This document shows positions 41,875 through 53,756 of a DNA stretch of 64,000 nucleotides, one piece after another. Source of the DNA: Camelus ferus. Taxonomy: Eukaryota. The stretch covers positions 79,734,001 to 79,798,000 of the forward strand of contig NC_045697.1 of the NCBI RefSeq assembly GCF_009834535.1. Direction: 5' to 3'. The first letter of the stretch is position 1, and every line of letters starts with the position of its first letter. The position numbers and the translations under genes are program-made. The notes under the pieces were generated by a model that did not search any database, had not been told where the DNA came from, and saw only the letters and a program-made list of their open reading frames with translations.

Positions 41875-43217
41875 CTTTCTAGGTAGAGAGGTCTATGGAT
41901 CTTGGAAAAAACTGATAATTGGCTAGGAATAAAGGTAATTTGAAATGCTGTATATCAGTTTTCACTTAGATTCATATAGTTTTAGATAGAACAGTCTAAG
42001 ATCCAAATGTGGCATTAATATCCCGGGGCTCACTGATAGGATTTGTGAAATCGTGCTTGCTCTCACCCTTTACATCCTATATAGCATTGCATATATTGCT
42101 GTTGTTATATTCTCAATGTTTTTGTGAATTGACAGTCTGAAAGTTTTTATTTTTGGACACTTACGCAGGGTAAACTGGAAAGCAGATATTATGTAGTAAT
42201 TTCCATAGGTAGTCAGTGTGACTAAAATGGGTGGATTGACCATACTTTGGTTCCTGAATTTTGCAATAACTTCCTTGAGGAAGATTATCCTTCCTACCTA
42301 AATTTGGAGACTCTCTTTCCAGGTCTGTTGATCACTATATTATTAAGGCCTGAGGCATGATTTGCTCTTAGTAGTTAAGCAGATTGACTAATTAAAATAG
42401 ACACTGTCTGTTTTAGTTTTACTACTATGCAATAAACACTAAATATGAGGCCTAAATAGAAGAGGACAAATATTGAATGATAAAGGGAACCCAACAGATA
42501 CCTAGGGTTTGTTAAGGCCTAGAACAAATAATATCCAACTTTTACACAAATCACTAAATACTAAATTCTGGGCTGTAGTAACTGTGTAGGTAGCAAGTTA
42601 ATAATCTGGCTTCCCATTATTTTCCTGGTATAGGATTTAAAGCTAACAATAAATACACTGCATGTCTCTCTTTTTAGACATTAGGGGAAGTAAATCCTAA
42701 GTTGTAAGATACTTTTGTTTTCTTTTTAAGCTTTTTCTATTATCAATTTTTTTGTGTGTGTACAGTAGAATTTAAGGTTGTTATCAGATCATGTTGTTGT
42801 TATATAGAACGATAAAATGGATGCAAGAGTGGGTGAGAGGCTAAGAAGGGTGTAAAGAAAGTGAGAGTTGAAAAAGTGCAAAAGAAGCTGTTCTTCAAAG
42901 ATAAAAAGCTTCCTGTGAGGTTGTTAGCCACAATGGCTTATATTTAGAAAGTACAATACGTGAAACATCTTCTGAGATCAAGAGAGACTTCGCTTTGAGA
43001 GGAAATAGTAGAGTTTGACTCAGGAACATGTAATTAATCATTCCAGAAATTAACATTGATGACCTCTCTTCTAATAAAGTAAATAAATAAAAGAATGCAG
43101 ATCCCTGCAGTTCTAGCAAGCAGAGGCTGTTAATTTGAGGAAAGACCTTGTGTTTATAGTATGCAAAATCAGCCCTGTACTTCATCTCCCTCACGGCCTA
43201 CTTACTTGCTATCCATC

Positions 43218-44051
43218 TGTGGTGATTACACTTTCCAAGATGGCTCCCATCCCATATGCTCTTCTTCAAAGTGCCCTTTCCATCCTTCCTATCAAGAGGT
43301 AGAGTCCACGAATGAACTTATCTACAAAACAGAAACAGACTCACAGACATAGTAAACAAACTTACAGTTACTAGGGGGAAAGGGGTTGGGAAAGGATAAA
43401 TTGGGAGCTTGAGATTTGCAAGTATTAACTACTATATATAAAATAGATAAACAACAAGTCACTTCTGTATAGCACAGGGAACTATGTTCAATGTCAGTGA
43501 CCTATAATGAAAAAGAATGCTGGAATGTATATATGTATATGTATAACTGAAACATTATACTGTGCACCAGAAATTGACACAGCATTGTTAACTGACTATA
43601 CGTCAACTAAAAAAAAAGAGGTAGAGTCCATTTCTTTATCTCCTGAATCTGAATTGGCCCCGTGACTTCCTTCACAAATAAAATATGGCAGAGCCCTTAA
43701 CTGCCCCAGCACTTTCCACATCCCTGCCTCTTAGAAGCCAGTTGTCCTGGAAGAATACAGCCACCTTGAGACCCACATACAGTGAGAAGCCCAAGCCACG
43801 TGGAGAGACCCTGGAAAATGAGATGCCGCATGGATAGACCAGTCAGAGCCAGATAGATGAGTGAGGATGCTATTGTGGAGGTGGATCCTCCCGCCCTAGC
43901 TGCCTCACTTGACATCACGTGGATACGAATGAATCAGTCAGCTGAGCCACTCCCGAATCTCAGGCCCACAAGTTTGTGAGCAAAATAAAATGATTGCTTT
44001 AAGCCACTTAGTTTATGAGGTAGTTTGTAATGGCAATAAATATTTGGAATA
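43218..44051 (+). mobile_element. MLT1-type MaLR solo LTR with a nested L1
   Basis: TGTGGTGATT...TTGCTTTAAGCCACTTAGTTTATGAGGTAGTTTGTAATGGCAATA. TSD CCATC at 43213-43217 and 44052-44056. Confidence 0.82.
43309..43615 (+). mobile_element. 5'-truncated L1 3' end inserted into the MLT1
   Basis: AATGAACTTATCTACAAAACAGAAACAGACTCACAGACATAG...poly(A). Perfect 15-bp TSD AAGAGGTAGAGTCCA at 43294-43308 and 43616-43630. Confidence 0.93.
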
Positions 44052-44864
44052 CCATCAGTCTGGACTGGATGATAGTCCAAAGTCAGAGAGCACTAACAGA
44101 TAATAAACTCTTCAGTTTGACCTTATATTCTAAACAGGAGGAATAGTAGTGGTTGTTCATTAATAACTCATCCTCAGGAATGATAAGATAGCAAACTAGC
44201 TTCATTTGTCAACTGTCTTTTTTTATTATAGCTATTTGTTCAAAGGCTCTTTGAAGCTTTAATGTTCATATTATCACTACTTCTCTATCATTCTTGAGGG
44301 TCTTTGGCAAAGAATAACATTGTGAAAAACAGTTAATCCTCCTTTGACTTCTACTGTGATTCTGTTAAAGTAAACCCTGATCTAAACTTGGGATATTTTT
44401 CAACTTTAAAAAATCAATTATTTTGTCTATTTTTTTCTCTACATCTAATGCCTGAAACATTTCTGACTGATATATAATGACTCAAATAATTTTTCCCCCA
44501 TTCTGTGAGTAACTGAGCTATCACTGGGCCTGTGTGTTTGCTGAGGAGGGAGGACTTCTTGAAGTTCATTTTAGTAGAGAGACACCCCATTGGAAGACAT
44601 TGATAATGGATTAGGAATAAGAAAACCTGGAATTTAATTCAAAGTGCTACTAACTGTAGGTACAGTGTTGAGTAAGTAGCTAAGTAGTGCTCCAATTTTC
44701 TTACTTGTTAAAAGTGAGGAGCTGGATATAGTGGTCTCTAAGTTACCTTCTAACATCGTGATTTTTTTGTGGTTTTGTCACTTCTGTTACCACCATGGTT
44801 ATACATCTTTTAAAGTATGGTTTATATTTATATAAGATTTAAGCCTCTGGATTATTAAAAAAAA

Positions 44865-45005
44865 TTTTTTTTAAGGGGGAGGCATTTAGGCTTGCTTGCT
44901 TATTTATTTATTTATTTATTATATTTAATGGAGGTACTGAGGATTGAACCCAGGACCTCATGCATGCTAAGCACGCACTCTACCACTGAGCTATATTCTT
45001 CCCAC
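44865..45005 (-). mobile_element. tRNA-derived SINE (Vic-1-like)
   Basis: GGAGGTACTGAGGATTGAACCCAGGACCTCATGCATGCTAAGCACGCACTCTACCACTGAGCTATA. Confidence 0.9.
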
Positions 45006-46207
45006 TAGCTTATTTTTATGCTGAATATTTATCAATGGACACATACTTTCTCTTTATAGTTAAAAGAGAAAAAAAAATTGTCATAACTTTTAAGCTGGTT
45101 TAAGGTTTAACATGTTTACAGTAATAAACTTAAATTGCATTGGAAAAATATGTCTGTCAAGGACACAGCCTGCCCCAATGTGCTATTCATTTGCATCTGC
45201 AGGGAGACCCAATTATAACAGCTATTTTCAAGAACGCATATCACTGGAGACTGAGCAGAGTGACCCTAGTAGAGCAAGCAGATCACAGTGTGTCCTAAAA
45301 ATCTGACCTAAACAGGGACACGTACGTGGTGAGCTCACCCACATTTTGTTATTCTCCGATGAAATTCTACATTTGATCCAAATTATCATCGCTGATATTG
45401 ATGTAAAATGAGACTATAATTACTCACTCTGCTAGTTTTAATCCTTGTGTGCCTCAGGTGAAGTTAGGTGCTAAAATTGTTTGCCATGGGTCCCAAAAGC
45501 TCCTTTTTAGGTTGGACATGGTAAGTTTTGCAACCAAATACCTCTTTGGCAAACCTTATAGAAGACTGGCTTGAAGTGAAAGAAGTAGGGCCCTAATCAG
45601 TTGTTGTTGCTGCTTCTTTAAGATCCATCTCAATGCAACCTTTACTGAGCCCACTCCAATCCAGAGCAGGACACACACCATGTTTACATGATGAACAAGG
45701 GTCCTTCTTCTCAATCATTCCCTGAATGGCAGGCTTATTTAGTGGACTAATTTCTCTCTAATTTCCGTTACAACTTATATAAGAGCTGAGGGTTCTTTAA
45801 TTTAAAATAAAAATTGATAATATTTGACATAGGCTGTCTAAGTTTACCCATGTGAAGATTACCACAGTGTAAAGGCTGCTCAGTGAGGTGGCATGTGTCC
45901 TTGTCTTCCTTCTGCTCCTAACTAGTTGCGGAATCTAGGGAACAATCTCTACTCTTTCTGAGTCTTGTTTCCTCTTTGTTAAATGAAACAGATTTCAAAA
46001 ATGTTTCTCTGCGGCCTCTTCTCCATTGGAGACTTTAATGAAGATGAGATCTCTTTCCTCTTGCTATTTAGATGGGATGTCTCCCCTCCACTCTCTTCTT
46101 GCTTCTCACTTCCTGCCAGAGCTTGTGAATGTAACACCGTTAATGGTGACAGACTAATGCATCTGTCCGCTCCGCCATCATGATTCCCCTAGACTGCTGA
46201 TATGGCC

Positions 46208-46254
46208 TTTTATTTTATTTTATTTTATTTTATTTTATTTTATTTTATTTTTTT
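46208..46254. repeat. (TTTTA)n pentanucleotide microsatellite (L1 tail-derived)
   Basis: Read directly; adjoins an antisense L1 3' end. Confidence 0.9.
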
Positions 46255-46261
46255 AATATGG

Positions 46262-46590
46262 TTCTTTTTTATTGAAGTATAGTCGATTTACCATGTTGTG
46301 TTAATTTCTGGTGTACAGCATAGTGAGTCAGTTTTTTTTTTTTTTTTAATCTTGGGGGGAGGTAATTAGGTTTATTAATTTATTTTAACGGAGGTACTGG
46401 GGATCAAACCCAGGACCTTGTGGTTGCTGAGCACACACACTCTACCGCTGAGCTACACCCTCCCCACCGTGAGTCAGTTTTATATCTATATATATTCCTT
46501 TGCCTAATCTTTTTCATTATTGACTATTATAGAGTATTAAATATTGTTCCCTGTACTATACAGTAGGACCTTGTTTAGCTATTTTATGCA
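46262..46590 (-). mobile_element. L1 3' end containing a nested SINE
   Basis: TTTTATTGAAGTATAGTCGATTTACCATGTTG...TTCCCTGTACTATACAGTAGGACCTTGTT. Confidence 0.85.
46336..46468 (-). mobile_element. tRNA-derived SINE (Vic-1-like) nested in L1
   Basis: GGAGGTACTGGGGATCAAACCCAGGACC...CTCTACCGCTGAGCTACACCCTCCCC. TSD GTGAGTCAGTTTT at 46323-46335 and 46469-46481. Confidence 0.92.
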
Positions 46591-46619
46591 GCCTGTTAAA
46601 CACATTGCTTCTCATTCAT

Positions 46620-47790
46620 TCTCTGTTTAGGTCCCACTGAATAGTTCTATATAAAGAATCTTACTTTTAAAAACACCGTATCTTATCATTTCACTTCTCT
46701 CCTTAAAAAGATAAAAATGGCTTCATGTGGTTTTGCAGTCTGAATCCCAAATCCTTAACATGGCTTACTGGATTCTTTACACTTTAGTCCCAGACTATAC
46801 TTCTGGCCTTTTCTCATGTCACCCTCTTCTCTTACTTTGCTGCAACCTAGAGTTGTCCCACAGAAGACTGAGGTGATGGCTCAGTGCAAACGACTGCTTC
46901 GTTTTAGTTTAAATCTGCTGCAGTAGGCACAAAGGAGAAACTTTTGCCAAAGGACACCTGGTGATACCAGGCTGAGGGGTGTTGCTGGGTGTGGCTTCTT
47001 AAGTCTTCCCAGTCTTTCATGGAAGATGTGCTCAGTTTTGTGGTCATGAAATTTTTCCCGTCCAGGTTGAGGACTGGTTTGTCTGCCTCCAAACGTGTTC
47101 CCCAAAACTCCAGAATAGGTATTCTACGTGGTTGCAAAATCTGCCTTTTTCTGGCCATATCTTGGTTTTAACATCCTAGTTCTGGGGACATATTCTTCAT
47201 AAGCTAACAGGGTCATCTTGTTGCATGATTCACAAGTTATATATTAATGTTTAGGTATCACACTTTGATACCTACATGGGGCAATAACCAGTCATGGACA
47301 AGCACACTTGGTGATACACTAAGGCCTAGGATGGGGCCCCACTGTGGGCCTGGCTAGGGGCTACCACACAGCCAGGTGGGTCTTAGCTCAGTTCTGCCAG
47401 CCATGCTCCTTCCCGCCAGAGGCATTCACCGTGCTGTTGATTCTGCTTGAATCATTCTTCCCAAGCTCCACTTTACACCTTCATTTCCACTTAGATAATT
47501 CCTAGTCGTCATTCACATCTTCTCAATATTCAAGTCACTTCCTCTCGAAACTCATCTTATTCTTTCAGACTAAGTTGAATGTCCCTTTTTGATGCCTCCA
47601 TAATACCCTTAACATCTCCTATAGAATTATTACCCTTCTAGTTCAATGACAGTCACCACTTCTACACTGTAAACTCTTTAAAGGCGAAGGTGATCTAATT
47701 CATGCTAAAGCCCCTAAAGCAGGGAGTCTGGCATGTAGCAGTCTGCCACCCAATAAAAGACCTGTTACTTGAATAAAGGGAAAAATGAAT
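46620..47790 (+). mobile_element. L2 3' region interrupted by an unclassified insert (~46855-47398)
   Basis: CCCAAATCCTTAACATGGCTTAC before the insert; CATGCTCCTTCCCGCCAGAGGCATTCACCGTGCTGTT...TCTGGCATGTAGCAGTCTGCCACCCAATAAA after it. Confidence 0.65.
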
Positions 47791-49025
47791 GATGGAAGAG
47801 GAAGACAGATGAGAGGAAGGAGAGGACCACAGGGAGGGAGAAGAAGTACTTCCTGAGGATGCTGATGGTGGAACAGCAAAGAACTGGGAGAGAAAAATGA
47901 AGAAGGTTTCCTGTCTGGCCCTCGAGCCTGACTTTAGCTTCCAAAGAGGTATAACTATTAGACTCTCCCCACGTCTCCTATGGAAGAGAAACAATATGGA
48001 ATAAGACTTGTGCAGAACACCTGGCAATTCAGGAAAGGTACTGGAGGAGAGCAGTTCTGAACCCAATTCTGTGTACATTCCAACTAATACCAGGGCTTTT
48101 TTACTGTGAAATTTGAGAGACTAAGTTTTTCCTTTATTTGCTATCTTCATATTTTCCCCAGTTGATAACAAAAGTGTAAAAGAAAAGAAAAAGAACATCC
48201 TTAAAGAACCTCAAGAAGGCGTTGTGTTTGCTTATATGATAAGCTAGCATTCTACGTTTTTGTTCTCAGTGAGGCAGAGAAGGGAGACTACCATGGGCAG
48301 AAGCATGGAAAAGAAACAGGAAATAGGAAAAGAAACAAAGGCTTTATCCAGGAAGGGAGAGAGGGGGAAGAGGAAAGTGGACAAAAGCTACTGAGATTCA
48401 GAATATGAGATTCTGATCCCATTGACCTATTGGGCATCCTTTTCTCTCTCCTACCTCTAGTCCAATGTTGCTCTCCTCATCTCTTATGACTCCCCTCTAA
48501 TTACTTGTGGTCCTCTTTTTTTTTTTTTTTTAATCAGACTCGCACCTTTGTTCCCAGATATAGGACCCATTCCCAATCACTCTGCTTTGATGCACTGAGA
48601 GTGTCACTCATATAGCAGGCATCCTAAAATATAAAGGTGACTACATGTTCCCTGGAAAACATGAGTAGATATGGTTAGCTACCAACGACAGGCTGACTGT
48701 TGTAACAAACACCATATTCATAAAACCCTCATGAGAGAAAGCTACTCAGGTTTAAGGAGGGTCAGTGGAGGAGGGAATGGGAGGAAGAGGGCCCCGCTCT
48801 AACCAGGGATTCAGGGACTCAGGCTTTTTGAAACCTGTTACTCTTCCACCTTCTGGGTTATATCTTCCTCTATATTCAGCCACTAGCTGGGTAAAGAGAG
48901 AAGATTGCTCACGGGGAGGTCATATTAACTTGGTCTGGGAGTGCGCACGCTTCCACCCACATGCCACAGGCTGGAACTGGGTCAGATGGCTGCGCCCATT
49001 CGCTAGGGTGGCTGGGAGATATGAC

Positions 49026-49472
49026 TGTCCTATTTTCCTAGAATTGCTATAACAAACTACCGCAAACTGGGTGTCTTAAAACAACAGAACTTTATTCTCT
49101 CACAGTTACGGAGGACAGAAGTCTGCAGTTGAGGTGTTGTCAGAGCCCCATTCCTTCTGCATCCTTCCTTACCTCTTCCTCACTTCTGGTGGTTGGGCGC
49201 AGTTGGTCTTTCTTGGCTTGCAGTTATGTTGCCCCCATTTCTGCCTCAGTCTTCGCATGGCTATCTTTCCACGGTGTGTCTCTGTGCCCAAATTCTCTTC
49301 TTTTTGTAAGGATACCAGTCATTGGATTAAGATTCTCCCTAATCCATTATGCCCTCAACCTAATGTGATTACAACTACAAAAAGCCCTTTTCTCAAGTAA
49401 GGTCACAGACACTGGAGGTTAGGACTTAAACATAACCTTTTTTTGGAAGGGGAGACAGTTCACCCCATGACA
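49026..49472 (-). mobile_element. MLT1B/C-type MaLR solo LTR, probably nested in an older MLT1 (~48670-49540)
   Basis: TTGCTATAACAAACTACCGCAAACTGGGTGTCTTAAAACAACAGAACTTTATTCTCTCACAGTT...GGAGACAGTTCACCCCATGACA. Confidence 0.88.
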
Positions 49473-49791
49473 GTGGGCTATCTAGCTGGCCAGGAGGAAA
49501 AGGGAAATTGTTTGATGCCCTGCTCTCCAATCTCTGCTGAGTCGTTAAGATTCTCTACAAGTAAAAGTGACTAGGAAAGACTTTTGAGGGTTTTAGAGAA
49601 CTAAGCCTTTATTAAAAACATGGTTTCTATGAAAAATGTATTTTGAACACCAGACAACTTTGACTGACAAATGAGCTTTTGGAAGATAACCTATCTCTAA
49701 GATGTAATTGCTTACACTTCAGGGAACTTTATCCTGCTCAAATAATGTTGCAATTAAAAAAAAATAGTATGTGTCAGATTTTGTAGTACTA

Positions 49792-49946
49792 TTTTTTTAT
49801 ACAGTTTATTTAAAAAAAATTTTTTGGTGGGGGGAAGGTAATTAGGTTAATTAATTAATCAATTCTATAATGGAGGTACTGGGGATTGAACCAGGACCTC
49901 ATCCACACTAGGCATGTGCTCTACCACTGAGCTATACCCTCCCCAC
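49792..49946 (-). mobile_element. tRNA-derived SINE (Vic-1-like)
   Basis: GGAGGTACTGGGGATTGAACCAGGACC...CTCTACCACTGAGCTATACCCTCCCC. Near-TSD TGTAGTACTA (49782) and TGTAATACTA (49947). Confidence 0.9.
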
Positions 49947-51519
49947 TGTAATACTACTAATTCTAATGATTTAACAGAATAGAGTAGGCTTATTATAATT
50001 AATATAATCACCTCTAAACTCCATGCCTGTAAAATATGCTTCACATAAAGCTAATAAAGATTTCACTTTTCTACTTGGGTCACTGTCTTCTGACTGTGGT
50101 TTCTGCTCTTGGCATTTTCCATCTAAGTCTCTGCCCATCTTACTTACTGTACTTTATTAAGTGGCTGCTCTTCGTTGAAGCCAGCCATGATTTAATAAAA
50201 GAGCAGTGACTTTAGAATCAGAAGAATGTTAGCTCTGTAGGTTATTAACCTTGTTATCTTGGGAAAGGCACCCAAACTGCTTTTCAACCTCGGTTTTCTT
50301 ACCTGTACTATGATTGATGTAAACCTTTCCCCTGTGTGGTTGCAGGAATCCCTGAAGTCACTAAACATTTGAGTGCCTGCCAGCTGCCCATATTGTTACA
50401 AATGCTTGGGAAATCTCAGTGAGCAAAAAGCTCAGTCATCATGGGTCTTCCATGCTAGGAACCAAAATCAATCCGTTCTAAACTGCTTTAAAATGTAAGG
50501 TACTCTCATCACTACTTTTCTGTCTGCAGCAACTCCAGTCTCTCAAATATCTTTAAAAGTCTTATTTGAAATTATGTATAGCTCTTAGATGTCAGAACAT
50601 ACAGAAAATCACGTAAGAAATGAAGAATTTACCCATTAGAAGTTTAACCATAAATATAAACTCATGGTAAATATTGAAAATGTTTTCTTATTGCATTTTA
50701 AAGTAAACCTTGGGCTCCTATTATATGCCATACAATGTGCTAGGTTCCATGTGGAGGGGCAAAGATAGACACTTATCCTGCCCTCAAGGAGCTTAGCGTC
50801 CAATTGGACACATGCCCATGAAAGCCTGCACCACGTGGACAGAAGGGGAAGAATTTCCAGTAGAGAGACACAGAGAAACTGATAGAAAGCTTCAACAGAG
50901 AAACACACTCACACCACCACCACAGGTGATTGGCATGCTCTTTATATGTAAAGTATATCTTCTAATCCTATAATGAATGTATTGCTACTAGCACCTGTTT
51001 ATCTACTTGCTGAGATCTTTATTTTACACTTTGAATAGAGGTGTTTACCTCTATGATATGCTGGTCTAGTATGTGTACAGTACGTCCACTCTGTAAAGAA
51101 GGTATATTGTATAATATTTTGGAAGGAGCGGCCAGGAGGTGGTAGCTCGTTGTCAAAATTGGAGGCCTGCATCAGAGCGTTTAAACCGTGTTCTATATAT
51201 TTGGGTGTGGACAAAGAGGCATTGTTTTAAGAGGCTGATCAAACATAATCAGAAGTTGCTGACTCATGAAGTAGTGAAATATGAGTACATCTGTTTGCGA
51301 TTTACATTGTAAAGGTGATGTAAAAACAATGATTAGGTTCCTAACCGAGCTACCCAACCCATTGATTGAAAAACACATTCTGGCATCAAATGAGAATGAA
51401 GAGTGTTAGTAAACACATCTCTCCTGTAGTTCCAGTTGCTAGAAAAGTTTTCCTTTCCCTTCTTTTCCGCCTTTGGATGTCATAGTTTTTCTAACACGTT
51501 TGACAAGAAGTGCTCACTT

Positions 51520-51865
51520 CAGGACCTTTGACCTGCTTTTCTCTTTGCCTAGACTAGTCCCCCTCCAGATAGTTGCTTGGCTGGGTGTCTCACCTTGTTC
51601 AGGTTCCTAGAGAGCGTTCCTCAGCGCCGTATCTACTTGGCATTTGCCTGTCATCTCTCTCTATCCTGCTGTCTCCCCCGTAGCCCTGACCACTATTCCT
51701 CTTGTTTACTGTCTAGTGCCCCTGTTAGAACAGAAGCACCACGATCGCCAGAAACGTTGCCTGTTTTGATCACCACTCTGTCCCTGGTGGTTAGGGCGCT
51801 GTGTCCCTAGTGCTTAGTTCCTGGCACAAGGTAGGCATTCAATAAATGTTTATTGAGTAAATCAA
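51520..51865 (+). mobile_element. L2 3' end
   Basis: CAGGACCTTTGACCTGCT...TTCCTGGCACAAGGTAGGCATTCAATAAATGTTTATTGAGT. Confidence 0.8.
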
Positions 51866-52947
51866 TCCAGTTTCCAGGCTGAGGGTGCTCCTAAGAAGGT
51901 CAAGTTCAGGGAGGCGCAATGGGGATGGGTGAGGGAGTAAGTGAGGGTTGGAGTGAGGGGGAGCGAGGGAGTAGCAGGATTTCAGGGGGGACTTTGGTGA
52001 GGGCTCTGACAGCAGTGGGGGCTGGGCTTTGAGAGGCTGCTGTGAAAGTTTCTCTAGGGATTTGTTTTGGAAAAACAGAGGCCTATTGCCTCTCTCCTGT
52101 CTGTGGGATCCAGGCATGACTGGTGGGATCGGTCTGCTCAAGCAGAAGGAGGGTGGAGGGAATGAGAGGCAGCAGGACAGGATTGACCCCAGATGGGGAA
52201 GTGGCCAGGGTCTTCGGGGCAGAAAGGCAGAGAGAAAAAGCCCTCTCAACAGCAGTGAGGGAAGAAGGTGTTTTCTTGCTGTATTTACTAGAAAGATGAA
52301 CTCCCAATTTTGGTAGCCATTTTCATGTGAGAAGCATTTTTTAGATAGGCTTTTCTGACTTGAAAATTACCTGTATTGGTAGTAATCATAAGATTAGCAA
52401 TAGCAATGACACATTTACATAAGTGCCTTCCATTTTCAAAGGGTATTTGTATATATTATCTCACTGGTTTAATCCTTACTCAGGTTTTACATTTAAATAT
52501 TCTGTGTGTTATACTTTGAGTTGTTTTCTAGGAAGAGGGATGCATATTCAGTGTGCATATATGTGTATTTGTACAAAACATGTTGGGTTGCATCTACAAT
52601 TTAACATGTTTAAATACACAAATAGGGCCACCTCAATCCAGTAGATGAAATTGTGTTTCTTGTTATAAAAACAAGCCCTGATTTCTTTTCTTATCAAGAA
52701 GAATTCTGGAACTTTATATTATAAGCACCTTAACATCAGGAATTGTGTTTTATTCATCAGTTAATAAAGAAAATTAGGTTAGGAAGATTTGTAAGATCAG
52801 TTATAACATATTTTAACTCCACAGCTTTCTTATATTTGTATTACCTGAGATGTCGTACTTATATGTTCGACAAAACTTCATTAACTTGTCTTTAATATGC
52901 CTTTGCATTGTGCTTGGTTCCTGGAAATTCAGTGATCTCCCCTGACC

Positions 52948-52950
<3 letters not shown>

Positions 52951-52998
<48 letters not shown>
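52951..52998. repeat. (AC)24 microsatellite
   Basis: Perfect uninterrupted AC repeat read directly. Confidence 0.98.
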
Positions 52999-53002
<4 letters not shown>

Positions 53003-53499
53003 GCTTCAAGAAGTTCCTGGCCTGTCAAGAAATGACATCTGGGTAAACGTGCAGTTGTGCAGTGTTACAGGTGCTCTGTCAGAAGCGTTCAGTGAAAAGA
53101 GGAGGCACAGAGGAGGGAGTGGTCTGTGTCACCTGGTTGCTGGGGAGCCTGTTGTCCAGGCTTTGTAACAGAAGTCATCCTTGAGCTGAGTTTTGAACAA
53201 TTATCCCCTGGAATCAAGTGAATAACATCTTAAAAATGTAACTTTTACATTTACTTTAGGATACGAATAGCTAGTCCTTTTCCTTGAGTAGCCTCTTCAC
53301 CGGCTAAAATGTACCTCTTCAGGTTGACACACAGGCAAGGGTGTTAGAGTTTTCTCATTATGCATTGTGTCTGTTCTGTGTTGAAGTACCTGTAGCAAGA
53401 AAATTAAGTGCAGGTTTTGTGTGTGGGTGGAGAGAGCTGATCGAATGCGGGTGTGTCAAAAACTAACCAGCAGAGTCCCCAAATTGTTCGAGTCCCTGG

Positions 53500-53756
53500 C
53501 ATTTTTCCCCCAAGGCTTTCTTCATTGTAACCCGTCCCTGGCGGTAATTGGTTGAATCAGATTTAACAATGCAGTCAGATAAACAGTTGTGGCAGCTGCT
53601 GCCATAGCAACGTCGCCGTCCTCACCCTCCCAGCGCGCGCCCCTTCCCCACCCCTCCTCCTCCTCCTGCTTTCCTCCAGTAAGTGCATCCTCGCTAGTGG
53701 TCTGTACAGGCGGCAGGGTTTAATGGCAGAGCTATTTTATTTCCAAACTGTTCAAA
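53500..53756 (+). promoter_or_regulatory. ANK2: Proximal promoter and 5' UTR of this ANK2 first exon
   Basis: Local CpG/GC enrichment. Inverted CCAAT (ATTGG 53547-53551), SOX-like AACAAT 53565-53570, AGATAA 53577-53582, E-boxes CAGTTG 53584-53589 and CAGCTG 53593-53598, RFX X-box GCTGCCATAGCAAC 53598-53611, C-rich tract 53625-53677. No TATA box seen. Confidence 0.75.

Noticed and set aside
51921..52030. G-rich tract as a distinct element
   Set aside because: Loops are long and irregular and it adjoins L2 debris; weak G4 potential only.
1..53500. Other ANK2 alternative first coding exons
   Set aside because: I found no sequence encoding the other ankyrin-B N-termini I recall. Short non-coding exons cannot be excluded without RNA data.
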